Numbered from the stretch's first letter, positions 47,875-58,788 are shown. The stretch is DNA of 64,000 bases from an uncultured Gemmatimonadales bacterium (GCA_963816355.1 CAWFKH010000005.1:128001-192000); one strand, 5' to 3'. The notes: generated by a model from the letters alone, not told the origin. Numbers and translations: made by a program.

Positions 47875-49110
47875 GTGCGCCGCGTGAGCACACGCCGTCG
47901 GATCGTCGCGGCCTTCGCGGTCGCGTGCGTCGCCACGGCGGGCTGCCGGGCGGACCACCCTCCCGCGACGCGCGGCGACGGCGGCACGGAGGCGACGGCG
48001 CCAGCGGGATCACGCGCCCGCTCGGCCGCGACGGAGCGCCCGCCCGATCGCACCGACACGCTCCGCATCGAGGGAATGGCGGAGCCGCTGCGCGTCCACC
48101 TCTACCGCCCGCCCCCCGAGGCCCCGATCGCATTCACCACCTACATCCCGGCGGACATGATCGTGACGGGCGCGGCGTCCGGCGCGGGCTACGAGGTCGG
48201 CGTCGTCGCCGATTTCGCGGGGAAGCCGGAGCCGCGCGCCCGGTTGGTGGTGGTGTTCCTTCCGGCGGGGTCCGACGCGGATGCGCGCGCCGCCTTCCGC
48301 GCGGACGTCGCCAGGCTCCGCGGCGCGGGCGCGGCGGAGGCGGGCGCGACGTACGCCGGATCCTCTGCCGGCGCGGATCCGGCGCGGCTCCCGTGGGCGC
48401 TCGAAGCCCGGCGGATCGACCGCGACTGTCCCGGCGCCCGGTGCATGCTGGGGCTGGCGGCGCTCGCCTCGCACGCGGGGCGCTTCTTCGAGGTGATCTG
48501 GCAATATCCGGCGGAATACGCGGACGGCATGGCGCCGCGCATCGACCTCATGCTTCGCGAGTGGCGCTGGAGCGAGGGTGGCGGGGGCCTGGTGGCCGAG
48601 TCCTACCGCTCGCCGCCGGGCTTCCCCATCCCGTTCGCGACGGAAGTGCCGGTGGGCACGCGAGCGAGCGTCGACGAAGGCGGCGGCCCCGGCGCCGGGC
48701 TGCGGTTCGACCTTCCCGGCGACGACACGTACGTGAACGTCTTCGTCTTCCCGCTCGGCACGCCGCGGGAGGTGGCGGAGGCACAGGCGGAAGGATTCGT
48801 CTCCGACCTCGGCACGCCGGTGAGTCGTGGCCTCGGCGACACGAAGGCGGAGCCGGACGCGAGGCTGTCGTGGAGCGTGGAACAGGTGCCGTTCCGCTAC
48901 GGCGCCGCCGCTGGTCAGACGTTCGACGGGGCCGTGCTCGTGGTGGCCCACGGGGGCCGCTTCCTCGACCTCACCATCCACGGTCCGTCGCCGCGATCGC
49001 GCTGGTGGGGGCGCATCGAGCCGTTTCTGCGACGGTGGCGCTGGGCGGACGGCGAGCCTCTGACGCGGCGGCAGGACCTCCTCAGCGGCGCGCCAACGCC
49101 GCAGCCGTGA
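47875..49110 (+). CDS. Hypothetical lipoprotein with an internally duplicated domain
   Basis: TAGC lipobox; two similar ~170 aa halves. Confidence 0.65.
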   Translation: MRRVSTRRRIVAAFAVACVATAGCRADHPPATRGDGGTEATAPAGSRARSAATERPPDRTDTLRIEGMAEPLRVHLYRPPPEAPIAFTTYIPADMIVTGAASGAGYEVGVVADFAGKPEPRARLVVVFLPAGSDADARAAFRADVARLRGAGAAEAGATYAGSSAGADPARLPWALEARRIDRDCPGARCMLGLAALASHAGRFFEVIWQYPAEYADGMAPRIDLMLREWRWSEGGGGLVAESYRSPPGFPIPFATEVPVGTRASVDEGGGPGAGLRFDLPGDDTYVNVFVFPLGTPREVAEAQAEGFVSDLGTPVSRGLGDTKAEPDARLSWSVEQVPFRYGAAAGQTFDGAVLVVAHGGRFLDLTIHGPSPRSRWWGRIEPFLRRWRWADGEPLTRRQDLLSGAPTPQP

Positions 49111-49906
49111 CGCTCGAGGCCAGGACCACCTCGGTCGACCCCAGCACCCTCGGCTGCCCCAGCACGATCGCCTCCGCCGACACGCTCGCCCGCTCGCCGC
49201 TCAGGTCCCAGAAGCCGAGGAAGTCGCGCAAGCCGGTGCCGACGACGACGCGCGCCACGCGATCACCGGCGCGCACGAACCCCACCGCCTCGCCGAGCCG
49301 CTCGCCCCGCGCGTTGATCACCGTCGCGCCGTCGTATGCGCCGTCCTTCACCAGCGCCCAAGCGGGGCCCGGCGGTCCGCCATCCGGTGCAGGCTCGCGC
49401 GGCCGCGCCGCGGACGCCGGCGACGGCCCACTCGCCTCGCCTCCGACGACGAGCCACGCCTCGAGGCGGGCCGCGTGCTCGGCCAGGCGCCGGCGCGCGG
49501 AGGCGGGATCGCCGTTCTGCACTTCGTGGCGCGCCCGGCGAACCGCCTCGAACGCGAGCGAGGCCGCCTCCTGGGCGCGGCCGCTCGTCGCGAACACGGC
49601 CACCTCTCCGGCGCGCAACGCCCGGTCGGCGGCGCGGACGCCCTCCGTGCGGCGTCCTCCGGCGAGGGCGCGGGCCGCCTCCGCCATCGAGTAGGCGAGT
49701 CCCTTCATCAGGGCGCGGACTGGCGCGCCGCCGGTAGAATCCGGGAGCTCCACGCGCCGCACCCGCGCGAGGTCCGGCGCGCCGCGCACGCCGGCGACGT
49801 GGGCGGCGCGCGCGTCGTCCGCATCCCGCCCCCCCGCGCAACCGGCGGCGGCGACGACGAGAAGCGCCAGCGCGATGGCGGCGCGCCGGGGCTCATCCCA
49901 TGCCAT
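49082..49906 (-). CDS. Hypothetical lipoprotein with C-terminal PRC-barrel-like region
   Basis: AAGC lipobox; GATVINARGERLGE. Confidence 0.55.
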   Translation of the reverse strand: MAWDEPRRAAIALALLVVAAAGCAGGRDADDARAAHVAGVRGAPDLARVRRVELPDSTGGAPVRALMKGLAYSMAEAARALAGGRRTEGVRAADRALRAGEVAVFATSGRAQEAASLAFEAVRRARHEVQNGDPASARRRLAEHAARLEAWLVVGGEASGPSPASAARPREPAPDGGPPGPAWALVKDGAYDGATVINARGERLGEAVGFVRAGDRVARVVVGTGLRDFLGFWDLSGERASVSAEAIVLGQPRVLGSTEVVLASSVTAAALARR

Positions 49907-50591
49907 GTTTCCAGCCGATCTTCACGAGGAGCCAGTTCGTCGGATAGGTCGCGACGAAGCCGGCGAAGAGGCCGAGGAAGCCGAATCCCCAGAACGCGGC
50001 GGTGCTCGGATCCGGCTGCGCGCCCACGACGCGCGGCGTGACGAGCCCCATCACGGCGCCCATGCCTCCCATGACGGTGATCATGGAGAAGAACTCGGCC
50101 CGTCCGCCCTTCATCCAGGCGACGAACGGCCCGTCCCCCATGTTGCGGAACGACATGTACTGGAAGATGAACCAGCCGAAGGCGTAGCCGGCCGCGTACT
50201 CGAACCAGAACTCCTGCCAGAAGCTCAGGTTCGCGATCCTCGCCATCACCATCGCCGTCATGATGCCGAGGCCGTCGCCGCCCACGCAGTGGATCACCGG
50301 CCCCGTGACCTTGCGCAGCGGATTGGAGGTGTATTCCCGGTGCGCCTGCTTCGCCGCCTCGCCCTGCTTGCCGCCGATCCCCGGCGCGCGCGCGGAGAAG
50401 ACGTAGATCGCGAGGCCCAGGATGGAGAAGAAGAAGACGATGATCGGGAACGGCGCCTTCATCGCGCTCTTCATCTGGCGGTTGGCGTGGAGCGTGTCGT
50501 AGATCACCCACGCCGCCGCCGCGGCGCCGAACGCGTACCATCCGACGACGAACCACGGCTCGGCCAGGAACGCGAGCCAGCCCCAGTCCAT
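49893..50591 (-). CDS. DUF4396-like membrane protein
   Basis: Multiple TMs; HCVGGD, FEY, YPTNWLLVKIGWKHGM. Confidence 0.75.
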   Translation of the reverse strand: MDWGWLAFLAEPWFVVGWYAFGAAAAAWVIYDTLHANRQMKSAMKAPFPIIVFFFSILGLAIYVFSARAPGIGGKQGEAAKQAHREYTSNPLRKVTGPVIHCVGGDGLGIMTAMVMARIANLSFWQEFWFEYAAGYAFGWFIFQYMSFRNMGDGPFVAWMKGGRAEFFSMITVMGGMGAVMGLVTPRVVGAQPDPSTAAFWGFGFLGLFAGFVATYPTNWLLVKIGWKHGMG

Positions 50592-50592
50592 C

Positions 50593-53500
50593 CTACTCGA
50601 TCCCGCCGTCCGGCACGTACACCGGCGCGATGCCGCTCTCGCGCATCAGCGCGTTGAGCGCGGCCACGTCGCGTTCGCGCAGCGCTCGCCACTCGGCGAG
50701 GCGCGCGTCCAGCTCGCCGCGCAGCTTGCGGTAGACCGCCACGTGCTGCCGCGTGGGCGCGTCGGCCGAGCCGCCGACGGAACGGCCGAGGCTGGCCAGG
50801 CGCGCGTTGAGCTGGATCGGATAGTTCATGAACAGCCACTTCGCCGCCTTCGCGCGATACTGGAAGAACTTCACCGCCAGCGAGTCGGCGCGCAGGTCGA
50901 GAAGGCGCGCGGCGACCACGACGGCCGCTTTCGTGGAGTCCTCGCCGAGCCGACCCACGATCCCCTCGAGTTGCTGACGCAGCCCCGCGATCGCGTTGAA
51001 CGCGAGGTGGTCCTCCGTCTCCGCGCGCTCGATCTTCCGCATCAGGTCGAGCTGCGCCGCCAGCTCCGCCGCCGTGGCCGTGATGCGCGGATCGAGCGTC
51101 ACGGCCAACGGTCTCGTGTACGTCCTTCCGTCCGCCGTCAGCCGCACGGCGTAGCGGCCCGGCACCACGGTGGGCGTCATCGGACTGCCCGCTTCAAAGA
51201 TCGGGCCTCCCGGCACGCGCAGCGGCGGCGGCGGCGCGTAGCCGAGGTCCCAGACGACGCGGTTGAGGCCCGCGCGCGCGGGGATCGTGGGGCCGCCGTC
51301 GTCGTCTTGCCCGCTGCCGAAGCGGCGCACGACGTCGCCGTCGGCGTCCACCACCTCGAGCGTCACGTCCCCGGCCGGCACATCCTTCAGGTAGTAGTCG
51401 ATCGTGGCGCCGGCGGGCGCGTTGGCGCCGGACGTCGGCCCCGCCTCGCGGCGGCCGCCGCCGAGCGGAGAGCGCACGGCGTCGGCGGGCGCGAAGAGGT
51501 AGGCGGCGGAGTCGGCGAGCGCCGTCGTCGCCTGGCGCAGCGGTCCGGCGCCGTCGAGGATCCAGAAGCCGCGCCCGTGCGTGGCGAGCACGAGGTCGCC
51601 GCCGTGGAAGGCGAGGTCGCGCATCGACGTGGGCGGCAGGTTCAGTTGGAGCGATTGCCAGTGGGAACCGTCGTCGAAGGAGACGTAGACGCCGGAATCG
51701 GTGCCGGCGTAGAGCAGGCCCTGGCGCAGCGGATCGGCGCGCACGAAGTAGACGGAGCCGTGGAGGCCGGCCGCGATCGGAGTCCAGGTGGCGCCGTAGT
51801 CGTGGGTGCGGAAGACGTAGGGGGCGTCGTCGCCGCTCATGTGTGCGTTGACGGCGGCGTACGCGGTGGCGGCGTCGCGCCTCGATGCGTCGATCAGCTC
51901 GACGTGCGCCCACGCGGGCAGCGCCTTCGGCGTGACATCGCTCCAGTGCGCGCCGCCGTCGCGCGTGAGCTGGATCAACCCGTCGTCGGTGCCGACCCAG
52001 ATCTGGCCGGCGGCCGCCGGCGAGGGCGCGATGCTGTAGACCACGTCGTAGTATTCGGCGCCCACGTTGTCGAGCGTGATCGGACCGCCGGAGAGGCGCT
52101 GCCTGGTGGAGTCGTTCCGGGTGAGGTCGGGGCTGATCTCGCTCCAGCTGCGGCCGCCATCGGTGCTCTTCAGCAGGTACTGGGCGCCGGAGTAGAGGGT
52201 GTACGGCTCGTGGGGGTCGAAGGCGAGCGGGGAGGTCCAGCTGAAACGGTACTTCACGGCGGAGGCGGGCTGGCCCTCGGTGTTCTCCGGCCACGGCGTG
52301 ACGTCCTGCGCCTCGCCGCTCGCGCGGCTCCAGCGCGTCAGCTCGCCGAAGTAGGAGCCGGCGAAGACGGTGTCCGGCGCGCCGGGCACCGGCAGCACGT
52401 AGCCGCTCTCGCCCCCCGCTACGTCGTACCAGTCCTGCTCCGTGATGGCGCCGCCGGTCGTGGCGCTCGCGATCGAATAGGTGCCGCGGTCCTGCTGCGC
52501 GCCGTAGACGCGGTAGGGGACCTGGTCGTCGGTGGCGACGTGGTAGATCTGCGCCGTCGGCTGGTTCGACTCGGTGCTCCAGTGCGCGCCGCCGTCGAGC
52601 GAAACCGTGGCGCCGCCGTCGTTGCCCTCGATCATGCGCTCGGGCGCCGTCGGATCGATCCAGAGCGCGTGGTTGTCGACGTGCGGCGGATCGAGCCGGG
52701 AGATCGTCGCGCCGCCGTCGCTCGATCGCCACATGTGGAAGTTGAGCAGGTAGACGGTGTCCGGATCCCGCGGGTCCGCCTTCACCTGGAAGTAGTACCA
52801 GGGGCGCTGGCGGATGCGCTGATCGTCGTTGACCCGCGTCCACGCGTCGCCGCCATCGTCGGAGCGGTAGAGGCCGCCGTCCTCGGCGTTGATGAGCGCG
52901 TAGACGCGGCGTCCGCCCGGCGCGACCGACACGGCGGTGCGGCCCCACACGCCGCCGGGCAGCCCGCCCCCCTCCAGCCTCCGCCACGTGGCGCCGCCGT
53001 CCGACGAGCGGTAGAGGCCGCTGCCCGGGCCGCCGTCCACCAGCGACCACGGCGTGCGCCGCACCTGCCACATCGCCGCGTACACCACGCGCGGATTCGC
53101 CGGGTCGGCGGCGAGGTCGATGGCGCCGGTGCGGTCGTCGACGAAGAGCGTCCTGCGCCACGTCGCGCCGCCGTCGCTCGAGCGGTAGACGCCGCGCGCG
53201 GAGTCCGACGCGAAGACGTCGCCCAGCGCCGCGACGAGGAGCACGTCCGGGTCGCGCGGGTCGACGACGATGCGGCCGATCTGCCGCGAGCGTGCGAGGC
53301 CCGCGTGGGTCCACGTGCGGCCGCCGTCGGCCGAGCGGTAGACGCCGTCGCCGGAGGCGAGGTCGGTGCGCGGGTCCGGCTCGCCGGTGCCGGCGTAGAG
53401 GACGTTGGCGTCCGAGGGCGCGATGGCGAGCGCGCCGATCGTCTGCACGTCCGGGCCGCTCCAGCTCGGCCGCCACGTCTGGCCCGCGTCGACGCTCTTC

Positions 53501-53721
53501 CAGACGCCCCCGTTCACGGCGCCGAAGTAGAACGTCGTGGCGTTGCCCGGGACGCCGGCGACGGCCTCGACACGGCCGCCCTGGAACGGGCCAATGTTGC
53601 GCCAGCGGAGCCCGTCGTAGAGGGAAGCGGGGACGCGCTGCGCGCGGGCGGCGGACGGACGGATCCCCGCCGCCGCGACCAGTGCGGCCGCGACAACGAC
53701 GGCTGAACGGGAAGGCTTCAT
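50593..53721 (-). CDS. Secreted BNR/VPS10-repeat glycosyl hydrolase-like protein
   Basis: LRWRNIGPFQGGR; many SxDGGxTW Asp-box repeats. Confidence 0.88.
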   Translation of the reverse strand: MKPSRSAVVVAAALVAAAGIRPSAARAQRVPASLYDGLRWRNIGPFQGGRVEAVAGVPGNATTFYFGAVNGGVWKSVDAGQTWRPSWSGPDVQTIGALAIAPSDANVLYAGTGEPDPRTDLASGDGVYRSADGGRTWTHAGLARSRQIGRIVVDPRDPDVLLVAALGDVFASDSARGVYRSSDGGATWRRTLFVDDRTGAIDLAADPANPRVVYAAMWQVRRTPWSLVDGGPGSGLYRSSDGGATWRRLEGGGLPGGVWGRTAVSVAPGGRRVYALINAEDGGLYRSDDGGDAWTRVNDDQRIRQRPWYYFQVKADPRDPDTVYLLNFHMWRSSDGGATISRLDPPHVDNHALWIDPTAPERMIEGNDGGATVSLDGGAHWSTESNQPTAQIYHVATDDQVPYRVYGAQQDRGTYSIASATTGGAITEQDWYDVAGGESGYVLPVPGAPDTVFAGSYFGELTRWSRASGEAQDVTPWPENTEGQPASAVKYRFSWTSPLAFDPHEPYTLYSGAQYLLKSTDGGRSWSEISPDLTRNDSTRQRLSGGPITLDNVGAEYYDVVYSIAPSPAAAGQIWVGTDDGLIQLTRDGGAHWSDVTPKALPAWAHVELIDASRRDAATAYAAVNAHMSGDDAPYVFRTHDYGATWTPIAAGLHGSVYFVRADPLRQGLLYAGTDSGVYVSFDDGSHWQSLQLNLPPTSMRDLAFHGGDLVLATHGRGFWILDGAGPLRQATTALADSAAYLFAPADAVRSPLGGGRREAGPTSGANAPAGATIDYYLKDVPAGDVTLEVVDADGDVVRRFGSGQDDDGGPTIPARAGLNRVVWDLGYAPPPPLRVPGGPIFEAGSPMTPTVVPGRYAVRLTADGRTYTRPLAVTLDPRITATAAELAAQLDLMRKIERAETEDHLAFNAIAGLRQQLEGIVGRLGEDSTKAAVVVAARLLDLRADSLAVKFFQYRAKAAKWLFMNYPIQLNARLASLGRSVGGSADAPTRQHVAVYRKLRGELDARLAEWRALRERDVAALNALMRESGIAPVYVPDGGIE

Positions 53722-53782
53722 CTTGCGCTCCGGCTGCGGGCGAGAGGTCGGATGTTGGTCGCGGACGTCGTCCGCGTCTACA

Positions 53783-55132
53783 TTGGCCGCCGTGCCAACG
53801 GAGAACGAGGGCGGAGCATCGCTCGGCTTCTGGTCCGCCGCGGCGATCGGCGTCGGCGGCATGGTGGGCGGCGGCATCTTCGCCGTCCTCGGGCTCGCCG
53901 TGCAGCTCGCGCGTGGCGGCACGCCGGTGGCGTTCGCGCTCGCGGGCTTCGTCGCGCTCGCGGCCGCCTACAGCTACGCCCGGCTCGCCGTCGCCTTCCC
54001 CAGCCAGGGCGGCAGCGTCGCCTTCCTCAACCGCGCCTTCGGCGCCGGCATCCTCACCGGGACGCTGAACGTGCTGCTGTGGATCAGCTACGCGGTGATG
54101 CTCGCGCTGTACGCGTACGCGTTCGGCAGCTACGGCGCGAGCTTCTTCTCCGCCGCCGCGCAGCCGCTCGCGAAGCACGTCCTGATCACCGGCGTGGTCC
54201 TGGTATTGTCGGCGCTGAACGCCGCCGGCGCCAGCAGGGTGGGCGAGGCGGAGAACGCGATCGTGGCGGTGAAGCTCGTCATCCTGGCGTTCTTCGTCGC
54301 GGTCGGGCTCGGCGGCGTGTCGTGGCCGCGCGTCGCGCCGGCGCAGTGGGCGGGGCCAGTCGAGCTGGCGGCGGGCGGCATGATCATCTTCCTCGCCTAC
54401 GAGGGCTTCGAGCTGATCGCGAACACCGCTGAAGACCTGCGCTCGCCGCAGACGACGCTGCCGCGCGCCCTCTTCGCCTCGGTCGCGTTCGTCGCCCTGC
54501 TCTACGTCCTGGTGTCGCTCGTCGCCGTGGGCAGCCTGGCGCCCGAGCGGGTCACGGCCGCGAAGGACTACGCGCTGGCGGAGGCGGCGCGGCCGCGGCT
54601 CGGGCAGACCGGCTTCACGCTGATCGCCGCGGCCGCGCTGCTGTCGACCGCGTCCGCCATCAACGCGACGCTGTACGGCGCGAGCCGCGTCAGCTACATC
54701 ATCGCGAAGGAGGGTGAGCTGCCGGCCGTTTTCGAGCGGCGCGTGTGGAGCCAGCCGGTCGAGGGGCTCGTGCTCACGGCGATCGTGACCGTCGCCGTCG
54801 CCAACCTGTTCGACCTCTCCAGCATCTCGACGATGGGCAGCGCCGGGTTCCTGCTCATCTTCGCGGCCGTCTGCGCCGCCGGCTGGAAGCTGCACGCGGA
54901 GGCGAACGCGAGTCGCGCGGCGTGCGCGGGCGGCGCCGCGCTGTGCCTGCTCGCGCTCGCCGCGCTCGTGTGGCACGTGGCGACGACGGCGCCCGCACGG
55001 CTCTGGGTGCTCGCCGCGATGCTCGGCCTCGCCGCCGCCATCGAGACCGCCTACCGCGCCGCGACCGGACGGAGCCTTCACGTCCGGATCGGGCAGGCTG
55101 CGGCCGCGGACGGCGACGAGCCCGGCACCTGA
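53783..55132 (+). CDS. APC-family amino acid permease
   Basis: GGMVGGGIF, AYEGFE, about 12 TMs; start uncertain. Confidence 0.88.
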   Translation: MAAVPTENEGGASLGFWSAAAIGVGGMVGGGIFAVLGLAVQLARGGTPVAFALAGFVALAAAYSYARLAVAFPSQGGSVAFLNRAFGAGILTGTLNVLLWISYAVMLALYAYAFGSYGASFFSAAAQPLAKHVLITGVVLVLSALNAAGASRVGEAENAIVAVKLVILAFFVAVGLGGVSWPRVAPAQWAGPVELAAGGMIIFLAYEGFELIANTAEDLRSPQTTLPRALFASVAFVALLYVLVSLVAVGSLAPERVTAAKDYALAEAARPRLGQTGFTLIAAAALLSTASAINATLYGASRVSYIIAKEGELPAVFERRVWSQPVEGLVLTAIVTVAVANLFDLSSISTMGSAGFLLIFAAVCAAGWKLHAEANASRAACAGGAALCLLALAALVWHVATTAPARLWVLAAMLGLAAAIETAYRAATGRSLHVRIGQAAAADGDEPGT

Positions 55133-55148
55133 ACGAAAGGAGCGGAGG

Positions 55149-56150
55149 ATGAGACGGTCGCGAGGTGGGCTCGTGGTGATCGCGCTTCTCGCCGCCGCGT
55201 GCTCCGGCAGGCAGGAGCCGGCGGGCGGCGGGGCGGAGGTCGGGGACGGGATCGCGGACGGGGTCGCGGACGGGATCGCGGACGCGGCGAGCGGTTCGGC
55301 GGGCTCGGACGCGGCGCCGGGCCTCTGGGCGGTGTACGCGCGGTCGCTGAAGGGCGCGAAGTACATCGACCTCACGCACAAGCTGACGCCGTCGATCCCG
55401 GTGTGGCGGGGGTTCGGCCCGGCGAAGTTCGGTCCCACCGTGGATCCGGCGACCGGCAAGCCGTACACGTACGCGAAGGACGGCTTCGAGGCGACGCGCT
55501 ACGAGCTGAGCACGGACCAGTACGGCACGCAACTCGATCCGCCGGCGCACTGGGCGCCGGAGTACCCGTCGATCGACGAGCTGCCGCCCACGTTCGCGGT
55601 GCGGCCGCTGGTCGTGATCTCGATCCTCGACCAGCTCGCGACCGCCCCCGGATACCACCTCCAGGTCGCCGACATCGAGAAGTGGGAGGCGGAGCACGGC
55701 CGCATCCCGGAGGGTTCCGTGGTCATGGTCCGCTCCGACTGGTCGAAGGCGTGGCCGGAGGCGTCGCTGTCGACGCGGAGGATCTTCCCCGGCGTCTCCC
55801 TCGCCGCGCTCCGCTTCCTCCACGAGCAGCGCCACATCCTCTTCCACGGCCACGAGCCGCTCGACACCGACACCACGCCGACGCTCGAGGGCGAGCACTG
55901 GCTGATGCATCACGGCTACGCGCAGGCGGAGGGCGTGGCGCACCTGGACCGGGTGCCGCCCACCGGCTGCCTGGTGACGATCGGGTACCCCGAGTTGCAG
56001 GGCGGCACGGGCGGCTACGCCCGCTACGTCGCCATCTGTCCGCCCGACTGGAAGTACGGCGTGGCCGTGGGCGACGTGCCGGAGGCACCCTTGGCGCGCA
56101 GCGACCATCCGCTGCACTGGGACAGTGCGCGGGGAATGCGGGTGCGATGA
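55149..56150 (+). CDS. Cyclase/kynurenine formamidase family lipoprotein
   Basis: IDLTH, QYGTQLDPPAHW, GHEPLDTD; LAAAC lipobox. Confidence 0.85.
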   Translation: MRRSRGGLVVIALLAAACSGRQEPAGGGAEVGDGIADGVADGIADAASGSAGSDAAPGLWAVYARSLKGAKYIDLTHKLTPSIPVWRGFGPAKFGPTVDPATGKPYTYAKDGFEATRYELSTDQYGTQLDPPAHWAPEYPSIDELPPTFAVRPLVVISILDQLATAPGYHLQVADIEKWEAEHGRIPEGSVVMVRSDWSKAWPEASLSTRRIFPGVSLAALRFLHEQRHILFHGHEPLDTDTTPTLEGEHWLMHHGYAQAEGVAHLDRVPPTGCLVTIGYPELQGGTGGYARYVAICPPDWKYGVAVGDVPEAPLARSDHPLHWDSARGMRVR

Positions 56151-56259
56151 GACGTGCCGGCCGGCGCCCGCGCCGAGCCCGCCGCCTTGCCGCGGGACCG
56201 CGCGGGATCGAGATTAGCCGACGTCGCGGTCCGGTGTCTTATCTTTCTGGAGGAATTCC

Positions 56260-56541
56260 ATGCCGAGGTATCTAATCGAGCGCAACATTCCAGGGGCGGG
56301 CCAGCTCTCACCGGAGGAGCTGCAGGGGATCTCGCAGACGTCCTGCTCGGTGCTGATGAACCTGGGCCCGCAGATCCAGTGGGTACACAGCTACGTCACG
56401 GGCGACAAGATCACCTGCGTCTACATCGCGCCGAACGAGGAGATCGTCCGTGAGCACGCGCGCCAGGGCGGCTTCCCGGCGGACGCCGTGCTCGAGGTGA
56501 AGACGATCATCGATCCGACGACGGCGGAGACGCCGGCCTGA
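56260..56541 (+). CDS. DUF4242-family small protein
   Basis: MPRYLIER...IQWVHSYV...CVYIAPNEE..REHA..GGFPAD. Confidence 0.85.
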   Translation: MPRYLIERNIPGAGQLSPEELQGISQTSCSVLMNLGPQIQWVHSYVTGDKITCVYIAPNEEIVREHARQGGFPADAVLEVKTIIDPTTAETPA

Positions 56542-56700
56542 GCCGGGTGGCGTCGCCCCCCGCCCGCCACGGTGCTGCGGTGGCGCGTAAGTCTTTGGGC
56601 ACTTGCGCGTAAGTTTTTAGACAGATTTTCGACGAGTCTCTGGACGGGCGGAAGCGCACCATCCGCCCCGCGCTCGGCCGCGGGCTGTCCTCTGGGCGCC

Positions 56701-58557
56701 TCAGGTGATCGGCTCACCGGCTGTGGTGTGGCCGCGCCCGCGCGAGCGTTGCCGTTCGGCGTGCCGCTCGGCTTCGGCAATGCGCCATGCTGCGACGGGC
56801 CACGCGGCCCCCGCGTTTGCGGCCCTGCTCATTGCGCGGAGGATGAGCGACCAAGGGTTTTCGTCGTAGTTCGCCGCGATGACGGCGAGCTGCATCTTGT
56901 CCGCCAAACGGGTCTGCTGGTCGCGGTGTTCCGCGCGCTGAGACAGCCAGTGATCGACGAAGGCGGTGCCGATCAAGCCGCCTAAGACGGCGCCCGGGAT
57001 GCCAGCCCATGACCAGCCGACGCTTCCTGCCAGGCCGAGCGCGAGCAGCTGAAGGACAAGGTACCACAGAATCCGCGAGCGCTCGAGCTCCCGAGCCATG
57101 CGATCGCGCTTCTCCACCGACCACTTGACGTCGGCCTGCCTGGCATAGTCGCGATCCCTCGGCCGAGCGGCCGAGGCCCGGACGAACCTCCACCTTTCCC
57201 CTCTCGTGCCGCGGCCGAACCCAACCGGCAACAGGTCCTGCAGGAACGCACCCGTCTCCGCCACGAGCAGCGCGTGAACGATCCTGCGAGAGAGAAGGTC
57301 GGACTCGATCGGTGGGCAGCCGTCCATCCGGTACGCGAACTCACTCAGGGTATCCGCGCTCGGACCTGCGGCGACGGCGTAGCTGTAAGGATCGATCCCC
57401 CGACAGCCGAGTTCCAGGAGTCGTGCCTCGATCCTGTCTGCGTCGTTCGCCTTCTCCGCTTCACCCGGCTCGGCATCCTCATGTGACACACTCCCTGCCT
57501 CACGGAACTCATTCGTAGCGTCACGCGTCAGTGTGGGCCGCAAGCGGAACGACTGCATCTTTTCGACGAACGCGCCGAATGCACGTGAGCGCCTTTCGTC
57601 GCTCCATCGCTCGGCCAGCGCCCTCTGTGCAAATACCGGCACCGCCTCAATGAGCGCCCGATGTTCGTCCGAATCCACCCAGTTTCGCACGTCCGGCAGG
57701 AGCGGAACGGCGCTGATGCGCGCCTGCCGCCACGCCATGCCAAGTTCCCAGTCCCATTGAAGCTGTCGGAGCCGTTGGCCATCGACAGGACTCGTATGCA
57801 GGCGCGTCGTGGACTCGAGGTGTACGACGCTCCCAAGGACACTGAACATGCCTGACCATTCGCCGCACCCCTCGGCCGCCTCCACACTCCGCAGGAGAGC
57901 GTCAAAGACCTCAGGGGCGAGCCCGAGGCACAGGCGCACTAGGCTGTCCGCATCGAACGTCCACGCGTCGCTCGTGTCGTTCATGATCAACGACTGCGAC
58001 GCCTCCCCGGCCGCCTGCCGTGCGTCGAACGACATGTCGCTATGCTCGTATCGCTTCAGGCGTATCTCTGTCGTCTCGAAGGCGTCCAGCGGATCCGCAC
58101 CCGGCGCAATGCGAACGAACGCAATCTGTACGGGGATGTGGGCCGGATGAGCGGATAAGCCGCCGGGCCTGTACGTTGCGAGCGGGTGCCACTGCGGCAG
58201 TTGCGTGCTCCACCTGAAGCGCGGGCAGCGGAGGAGGTCTGACCAACCCCGCTCCCAGTCGATCAACGCCCGGCCGAACAGCCATGTCGGCCGAGGCAGT
58301 GCGTCGCCGCCGTTGTGCTCTGGCGACGTTTCCAGAAAGTCTACCAATCGCCGTTGGTAGGCCAGGTCGAAAAACTGAGCACGTCCTCGTAGACGCATCC
58401 GCCGTTCTGTTCCGGCGTCTTCCCGAACACGAGCCACGTCACTCACAGGGCCATCCTTGGTCAGGGGCACAACTGGTGGAGACCGCACTATTGAGACGGT
58501 ACCGCCCACCGTCCCCGTTCCGGCGCTGATTTCAGACGTGCCGGCGGGCGAAGCCAA
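56701..58557 (-). CDS. Hypothetical protein with C-terminal transmembrane hairpin (start uncertain, possibly ~58400-58435)
   Basis: Long ORF in lower-GC DNA; hydrophobic ILWYLVLQLLALGLAG...GAVLGGLIGTAF; no family recognised. Confidence 0.55.
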   Translation of the reverse strand: MASPAGTSEISAGTGTVGGTVSIVRSPPVVPLTKDGPVSDVARVREDAGTERRMRLRGRAQFFDLAYQRRLVDFLETSPEHNGGDALPRPTWLFGRALIDWERGWSDLLRCPRFRWSTQLPQWHPLATYRPGGLSAHPAHIPVQIAFVRIAPGADPLDAFETTEIRLKRYEHSDMSFDARQAAGEASQSLIMNDTSDAWTFDADSLVRLCLGLAPEVFDALLRSVEAAEGCGEWSGMFSVLGSVVHLESTTRLHTSPVDGQRLRQLQWDWELGMAWRQARISAVPLLPDVRNWVDSDEHRALIEAVPVFAQRALAERWSDERRSRAFGAFVEKMQSFRLRPTLTRDATNEFREAGSVSHEDAEPGEAEKANDADRIEARLLELGCRGIDPYSYAVAAGPSADTLSEFAYRMDGCPPIESDLLSRRIVHALLVAETGAFLQDLLPVGFGRGTRGERWRFVRASAARPRDRDYARQADVKWSVEKRDRMARELERSRILWYLVLQLLALGLAGSVGWSWAGIPGAVLGGLIGTAFVDHWLSQRAEHRDQQTRLADKMQLAVIAANYDENPWSLILRAMSRAANAGAAWPVAAWRIAEAERHAERQRSRGRGHTTAGEPIT

Positions 58558-58788
58558 TCCGGCGCCGTGATCCCAGTGACGACGCCCGGGTGTGTAGTCA
58601 GGCCGTCGTCGGTCAGGGACTCACCAACGCTACCGGAGAACGTCGGCAATGATGCCAGGGTGACCACGGGAACGAGGGTGAAGCTGTCCCGCTTACGTGG
58701 ACGGGTGAACACTGAGGTTTAGCCCCCTCCCCAAAGCCGCTGGAGAGGGGAGCTTCCCCCGCGCAGCGGGGGAGTAAAGTTGGGCCAC

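Noticed and set aside
51194..55468. 1424-aa ORF and other very long Arg/Gly-rich ORFs (e.g. 21160-24135, 50743-53706, 33687-35915)
   Set aside because: Shadow frames of real genes in very GC-rich DNA; no domain motifs.
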